Shown piece after piece: positions 26,981-32,250 of a DNA stretch of 32,250 nt; the stretch's first letter is position 1, and every line of letters begins with the position of its first letter. This DNA is from a bacterium. Lineage in GTDB: Bacteria; Krumholzibacteriota; Krumholzibacteriia; G020349025. The position numbers were made by a program, and so were the translations under genes. The notes below the pieces were generated by a model that had not been told where the DNA came from, made no database searches, and saw nothing but the letters and a program-made list of their open reading frames with translations. The DNA is taken from NCBI GenBank assembly GCA_031362565.1, contig JANLSU010000108.1:1-32250 (forward strand), in the 5' to 3' direction.

Positions 26981-29646
26981 CACAGCTTCGACCCCACGGT
27001 GAATCCAATTTCGATGCGCCGCGGCGCGTAGAAATGCGTCGGATCGGCGAGCACCACGTCGTCGGCCGGTGATCGCGAGTAGTACGGGCTGCCGGTGGTA
27101 TTGAAGACCCCACCGTTGAAGAAACGGGTGTCGAACACGTTGAACACCCGGGCGAAGAGGCTGGTGTTGTAGCGCGAGAAGTTCAGGCTGCGCTCGCCGC
27201 GTAAATCGACGAGAAAGCCCGCCGGACGGCGCCCGGAATTGACATTGAGCCCGAACCCAAAGGCGCCTTCGAGCGCCGGGGTGTAAGGCTGGCCACTGGA
27301 GGCGCGCACGATCGCACTCACCGAGTATTGCTCGGGCCTGGAGAAGGTCAGACTCGCGTTGAACGTGTGGCGTTGGTCCCAATTGAGCGGCGCGAGATGC
27401 GGCTGCGCGTCCTCGCCGGCCGCGGCGCGTGTTGCCGTTTCGCGCGGGTCACTGGTATTGCCGCGTGCCAGTTGCCACGTGTAGTCGATCGATGCCGCTA
27501 CCGGTCCGAGCTTGCGATGGTCGAGTGCTACCGTGATCCCAATCACGTCGCCGAAATCGACATTCGTCAAGCGCGCATACTCGGCTTGCGTGTAGGTCGA
27601 AATGAACTCGACGCCCAAGAGATCGCGCACGTCCTTGTAGAAGGCGCTCGCCTCGAACCCGAAATCGGCACTGAGCGCCTGCTTGTACCCGAACTCGTAT
27701 TGAACCGTGTGTTCGGGCCGCACATCGGCGTTGCCCATCACCCGAAAATCCGAGCCGGCCTGCAAGTTCGCGAGCACGGAGTAATCCGAATTGGTGAAAA
27801 TATCGCCGATCTGCGGGAATTGGTAGAAGTGTCCGTATGCGAAATGCACCCCGGCCCGGCCGGTCACCGGATAGGCGACACCAATGCGCGGCGAGATGTT
27901 GATCTTGCGTGACGTGCGCACCGGCACGGAGAGCGGCGCTCCCGTAATGGCATTGGCCGGATTCGCGAGATCGCTCGGTTGCGTCGAGCGCGCGTCGAAG
28001 TAATCGAGCCGCGCGCCAACGCGCAGCGTCAAATCGGGCAGTTCGAACTGGTCCTGCACATAGGTCGCGCCGATGACCGGCCAGAACGTTTGCGACGTCG
28101 GGTAGTCGTGCGGATTGTTGGCCGGCCGCAGGATCTGGCCATTTCCCACTTGCACGATCCAGCCGGGCACTCCGAAGCGGACTTCGGGCAACTGGGCCTC
28201 GAAACCCGCCTTCAACTGGTGCTGGTGGTTCGCTTGGTTGACGAGCGACCCCTTCAGCAAGTACGCGTTGGTCGCTTGTTCGTAGCGGGTGAAATCGACC
28301 CCCGCGACGATCAGGCCAGGAATACTCGGCACTCCCACCGGTGGTCCGGCGGCGTCGTACCGGTGGTCGTAGGCATTCTCATAAACGAAATCCTCGTAGT
28401 GCCGGTAGTTCTGCCGGAAGCTCAAGTCGAGAAACGTGTTCTTGCCGAGCCCGTACGTGCCGTCGATGCCATGTGCCAGCGCCACGGCATGCTGCTTCGA
28501 CGCGCCATCCGGGTTGAACCGGTAGGAGTAAGCGATGCGCCGGCTGTCGATGTCGTTGAAGAGGATTTGATAGCTGAGTTTCAAGTTCGGGAGGGAGCGA
28601 TTGGTGATTTTGACCGCGCCGGACATCTCGTCGTTGAAGCCGAGGGCCGATTCGTTGCTGTCGCCGGGCGTCGTGAAGAACCGTGGCTCGTCGGGTCCGG
28701 GGTTCGGGTTCGGGGTCAAGACGGGCGTGAACAAGCGTTTCGCTTTGACATAGTCATCGAAACCATAGTGTCGCAGGTTCACCAGATACGTCGTCTTGGC
28801 GAGGTGCAACGGCCCGCTGACCGTCGCGGTCGCATTTCGAATGTCGAACGGCTGCACCGCATCGGCGACGCGCCGGCGGCTCTCGGCATTGCCGGGGAAC
28901 ACGAAACCGCCGCCATAGGCCTCGAGGGTCATCTCGGCCTGCTCGCCGCCTTCTTTGAGCACCGCGTTCACGACGCCGCTCATCGCCTGGCCGTATTCCG
29001 CGTCGAACGTGCCGCTGATGACTTGCACTTCCTGCAACAACGAACGGTCGACATGCAGGCTGGCGGAATTGTCGAAGGCGTTGTTGATGCTGACGCCATC
29101 CACCTGGTACTGCACCTCGCCGGCGCGCCCGCCGCGGAAATGCCCGTCGACGACACCGGCTTGCAAGTTGACGATGTCCTGGAGTTCCTGCACCGGCAGC
29201 TTGGCGATGTCTTCGGCGCGCAACTTCGCGATGCTGCTCGTCTCGTTGATTTCGACCGGCAGCCGTGCGGCCGTCACGACGACCGTCTCGGCGACGATCT
29301 TCGTGTCCTCGAGCGTTGCATCTTGTCTGGTCGTGTTGTCGGCGGAAACCTGGATCTCGTGCACGAGCAGTGCCTTGTAGCCAATGCGGCTGATCTTCAA
29401 GTCATACGTTCCTGGCGGTACTTTCAAAATATCATACGTGCCCTGCGCCGTCGTGAAGGCGCCGAATGGCTGCCCTACGACCGCGACCGTGGCGGCAATC
29501 ACCGGCTGATTGCTTTTGTCGATGACCCGTCCGGAGATCTTGCCGGTCGTGCCTGCTTCGGCGCGCGGTGCCAACACACTCGCTACAAGGCAGAGCCCGG
29601 CGGACCGGCTCCATCCTGCAAAACGATATGAAAACAAGCTCCGCAC
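26980..29646 (-). CDS. TonB-dependent receptor with an N-terminal carboxypeptidase-regulatory-like domain
   Basis: GTTGKISGRVID; plug HFRGGRAGEVQYQVDG...SGTFDAEYGQAMSGVVN; ISPRIGVAYP; YEFGYKQ; NVFDT; PRRIEIG. The start is uncertain (GTG at 29646 or ATG at 29718). Confidence 0.92.
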   Translation of the reverse strand: MRSLFSYRFAGWSRSAGLCLVASVLAPRAEAGTTGKISGRVIDKSNQPVIAATVAVVGQPFGAFTTAQGTYDILKVPPGTYDLKISRIGYKALLVHEIQVSADNTTRQDATLEDTKIVAETVVVTAARLPVEINETSSIAKLRAEDIAKLPVQELQDIVNLQAGVVDGHFRGGRAGEVQYQVDGVSINNAFDNSASLHVDRSLLQEVQVISGTFDAEYGQAMSGVVNAVLKEGGEQAEMTLEAYGGGFVFPGNAESRRRVADAVQPFDIRNATATVSGPLHLAKTTYLVNLRHYGFDDYVKAKRLFTPVLTPNPNPGPDEPRFFTTPGDSNESALGFNDEMSGAVKITNRSLPNLKLSYQILFNDIDSRRIAYSYRFNPDGASKQHAVALAHGIDGTYGLGKNTFLDLSFRQNYRHYEDFVYENAYDHRYDAAGPPVGVPSIPGLIVAGVDFTRYEQATNAYLLKGSLVNQANHQHQLKAGFEAQLPEVRFGVPGWIVQVGNGQILRPANNPHDYPTSQTFWPVIGATYVQDQFELPDLTLRVGARLDYFDARSTQPSDLANPANAITGAPLSVPVRTSRKINISPRIGVAYPVTGRAGVHFAYGHFYQFPQIGDIFTNSDYSVLANLQAGSDFRVMGNADVRPEHTVQYEFGYKQALSADFGFEASAFYKDVRDLLGVEFISTYTQAEYARLTNVDFGDVIGITVALDHRKLGPVAASIDYTWQLARGNTSDPRETATRAAAGEDAQPHLAPLNWDQRHTFNASLTFSRPEQYSVSAIVRASSGQPYTPALEGAFGFGLNVNSGRRPAGFLVDLRGERSLNFSRYNTSLFARVFNVFDTRFFNGGVFNTTGSPYYSRSPADDVVLADPTHFYAPRRIEIGFTVGSKL

Positions 29647-29765
29647 TCGGGCACCTTTTCGAATCGAGCCCGGACGCAGGACGGCGAAAATGCGAAGCGT
29701 TGCGCTCTCGCCGCCCATGCGTCCAAGCCCCGGTCTAACTCCATTGTCTCAGCGTGGCGCCGCGC

Positions 29766-31655
29766 TCAGCGGAGCACCGTCACGCGTCCCGTCAACTGCT
29801 TGAGCTGCGCGCCCGTCTCCGGGTTTTCCAGATTGAGGCGGTACAGATACACGCCGGGCGCACGGCCGCGCCCGTCGAAGAACGCTTCCTGCACGCCCTT
29901 GGCCATGACGCCGAGCCGGCGCGTTTCGATCAACCGGCCTGCAACGTCGAACACGTCGAGGGTGACGCGGCTCGGGCGCGGCAGTGCGTACCGAATTGTC
30001 GAGTTGCGGGCCGGGTTCGGGAACGTGCCCAGCACCTTGTAGTCACTGATGGCTTCCGCGGTTGGATCGCTGCCGTTGTCGGTGGGTGCCGCCGACGACA
30101 AGAACGCCCACGCCGGGCAGCACTGGCCCTCGAACTCCTTGAACCACCAAGTGCGGGTGCCGTAGCTGTCGGTGAACGGTGTGAACGAGTCGCCGTCCAA
30201 GGCGTTGACGCCGATAAACAGCGACTTGTCGCCCAATCCCGGCGGATAGCCGATCGCCGTCAAGTCGACGCGCATTTCAGCGGTGTAACCCGTGTCGGCG
30301 CTCGTGCCGAGCGTATCGACGGTGGTTCCGCCCTTCAACTGGATCGCCACCTGCCCGGTGCCGGCGCCGATGAGCGTCGCCAGATAGTCCGCGGCGAGTG
30401 CTGCACCTGTCGGGCCGACTTGAAACGACAGCCGCCGGTTCCGGTACACGTTATCGATCGGATCGATCGCCGTGCGGTCGGTGAGCGAGACGATGAATCC
30501 ATCCCACCGGTCGATGGTCGGATGGTATTGCACTACCTGATCCGCGACGTCGAAGCCCAAGAAGAGATTGTTGTCGCGCCAGAACATCTTTACGATGGCG
30601 TCATTCGGGTCGAGGATTGCCGCGACGCCGCCGTTCACCGTCGGTTGGTACTGGCCGCCGCGTGACGGCCCGACACCGGGGTATCCGGCACGAATCGCGT
30701 CGTCCCCGAACTTGATGTGGAATGAGTAAGCGCTCGCCCACGCGGCATCGCTCAAATTACCGTCGATCGTCGGCGCCGCGAACGCGGCGCCATTCGGCAC
30801 GTAGACTTCGGGCCGCACCGTCGGCAAAATCGTCGATGCCGTCGATACGTCGGGCCGCGTAAAGATATGTACCTCGTCGTACCACATGGCATTGCCCCAC
30901 GGGCTCTGCCACCAGACGCGGTTGTACGCCAGCGTCGAGACGTTGAGCGGCCACAGCCAGTCACAGTCGTAGACCGAGATGTTCCACTCGAGAATGTCGC
31001 CTTCCGGTTTTGTCGCGTCGTAGCCCATGGGCGTCAAGTTGAAGCGCATTTCGACCGTGTAGCCGACGTCCTGCACGGCATCGCTGTTAACCGTGCCGTT
31101 CACGACCGTGGCGGCCTCCCAATTGGCGATCTGCTCAGCCGTGCGCGGCAGCGCTCCAAACGGATTGCCCCAGCGGCCGAGATATGTCGGCACCGTGCTG
31201 ATGGCGGCCGTCGTATCCGGCGACCACCACGAATACAAATATTCCGCCGGTGGCTTCGGTGCGCCCAGGCTGCTGTGATCCTTGAGCGACATCAGGAAAC
31301 CATCGAAGCGGTTGAAGTCGCGCGACCCGCCGATCGACTTGTCCACAACGCGTGCTCCCAAATAGAGCTGGTTGCCGACGATGAGGAACTTGAGAGTTGC
31401 CTTGGTCGGATTGTTCGGAATGACTCCGCCCTCGTACTTCCAACCGCTGCCGGGGATGCCGTTGATCACGCCGAAATTGACGACGATCGATTCGGCTTTC
31501 GCCCATGCCGGTTCGGAGAGCGAACCATTCAGCGTGATGTTAGCCAGCGACCGCTTGGCCCAAATGAAGTCCTGGCGTGGAGCTTGGCTGAACGCCGGGC
31601 TGGCAGCGAGACACGCCGCTCCCAGGGACAGCAGCACTGCTCGTCCGATTCTCAT
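29766..31655 (-). CDS. Secreted protein with two tandem CBM9/DOMON-like sugar-binding domains and a T9SS/FlgD-like CTD
   Basis: ITLNGSLSEPAW / PTIDGNLSDAAW; GYTVEMRFNL / GYTAEMRVDL; CTD FPNP...VFDVAGRLI...PGVYLYRL; GGAGG RBS. Confidence 0.8.
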   Translation of the reverse strand: MRIGRAVLLSLGAACLAASPAFSQAPRQDFIWAKRSLANITLNGSLSEPAWAKAESIVVNFGVINGIPGSGWKYEGGVIPNNPTKATLKFLIVGNQLYLGARVVDKSIGGSRDFNRFDGFLMSLKDHSSLGAPKPPAEYLYSWWSPDTTAAISTVPTYLGRWGNPFGALPRTAEQIANWEAATVVNGTVNSDAVQDVGYTVEMRFNLTPMGYDATKPEGDILEWNISVYDCDWLWPLNVSTLAYNRVWWQSPWGNAMWYDEVHIFTRPDVSTASTILPTVRPEVYVPNGAAFAAPTIDGNLSDAAWASAYSFHIKFGDDAIRAGYPGVGPSRGGQYQPTVNGGVAAILDPNDAIVKMFWRDNNLFLGFDVADQVVQYHPTIDRWDGFIVSLTDRTAIDPIDNVYRNRRLSFQVGPTGAALAADYLATLIGAGTGQVAIQLKGGTTVDTLGTSADTGYTAEMRVDLTAIGYPPGLGDKSLFIGVNALDGDSFTPFTDSYGTRTWWFKEFEGQCCPAWAFLSSAAPTDNGSDPTAEAISDYKVLGTFPNPARNSTIRYALPRPSRVTLDVFDVAGRLIETRRLGVMAKGVQEAFFDGRGRAPGVYLYRLNLENPETGAQLKQLTGRVTVLR

Positions 31656-31716
31656 GGGTGGAGCCTCCAACGGAGTGAGTGAACAGTCGAGACGGATGGG
31701 AAGTAAAAGCTGAGCG

Positions 31717-32250
31717 TCATCGCTTGCTCCTTGGATTGGCGCGCGCCCGGCCGGGGGGGCGCTTCGCAATGGAGCGAGTTCGAGGTGCGTGGGTCCTGGG
31801 GCTCGTGCCGTTGCCGGCGCCGCAGGATTCGCGTACGACTAGCGTCGCCGGCACGACCTCGTGCATCGGACCGCGGCGCGACGGGTTGCCGATCTGCGCC
31901 ATGAGACTGCGGAAGGCGCGCTCGCCCAAGTCGTACGAATCGACATGCACGGTCGTGAGCGCGGGACTCAAATACTGCGCGATGGCGATGTCGTCGAATC
32001 CGGCCACGGCCATGTCATGAGGCACCCGGACGGCCGCATCGCGCAACGCCCCCAACAGTCCGATCGCCATATAGTCGTTGGCCGCGAACACTGCGGTGGG
32101 CCGGGTCTTCAGGCGCAGCATCTTTTGCCCTGCCTGATACCCCGAGGCCTCGGTGAAGTCGCCCGGCAATTCGTAGCGTTTTTCGACCGCGATCCCCGCC
32201 CCATGCAGCGCGGCGCGATAGCCGCGCAACCGTTCGTCGGCGTCGGCGTT
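31717..32250 (-). CDS. LacI-family transcriptional regulator, C-terminal ligand-binding part (5' end outside the window)
   Basis: ERLRGY, GDFTEASGY, PTAVFAANDYMAIG, VAGFDDI, PALTTVH, LVVRESCG. Confidence 0.92.
   Translation of the reverse strand, partial: NADADERLRGYRAALHGAGIAVEKRYELPGDFTEASGYQAGQKMLRLKTRPTAVFAANDYMAIGLLGALRDAAVRVPHDMAVAGFDDIAIAQYLSPALTTVHVDSYDLGERAFRSLMAQIGNPSRRGPMHEVVPATLVVRESCGAGNGTSPRTHAPRTRSIAKRPPGRARANPRSKR

Noticed and set aside
27979..29631. 550-aa plus-strand ORF
   Set aside because: Antisense shadow of the TonB receptor.

Overview
High-GC bacterial window. The gene content (several secreted proteins with T9SS/FlgD-Ig-like C-terminal domains, a PorV/PorQ-family barrel, and a TonB receptor without SusD) suggests a non-Bacteroidota member of the FCB group such as Eisenbacteria, Krumholzibacteriota or Latescibacterota; the taxonomy is inferred. 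In order: an apparently chimeric first ORF (foreign-codon-usage barrel/transporter fragment joined to an APC-permease C-terminus); membrane hydrolase; DoxX; NUDIX-GNAT fusion; AftB-like GT-C glycosyltransferase; truncated OMP beta-barrel remnant; SWIM-SNF2 helicase; several secreted proteins (hypothetical, choice-of-anchor C, CHRD, Pro-rich); a palindrome-rich ~750 bp non-coding stretch; a putative aminated-headgroup lipid cluster (CDP-alcohol phosphatidyltransferase, class III aminotransferase, flippase-like protein, FAD oxidoreductase, divergent Gfo/Idh/MocA); and a ~13 kb minus-strand glycan-utilisation locus (LacI, tandem CBM9-like protein, TonB receptor, ~1100-aa secreted protein, PorV-like barrel, GH144-like glucanase, secreted unknown, esterase). 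The strongest leads are (1) a 16-residue C-terminal tag, VGVExxxWxxV[KR]xLY[QR]-stop, shared by two unrelated secreted proteins, which is a candidate protein-sorting signal; (2) the SusD-less TonB receptor/large protein/PorV triad; and (3) the lipid cluster. All family calls come from motif recognition by eye; no database searches were run.
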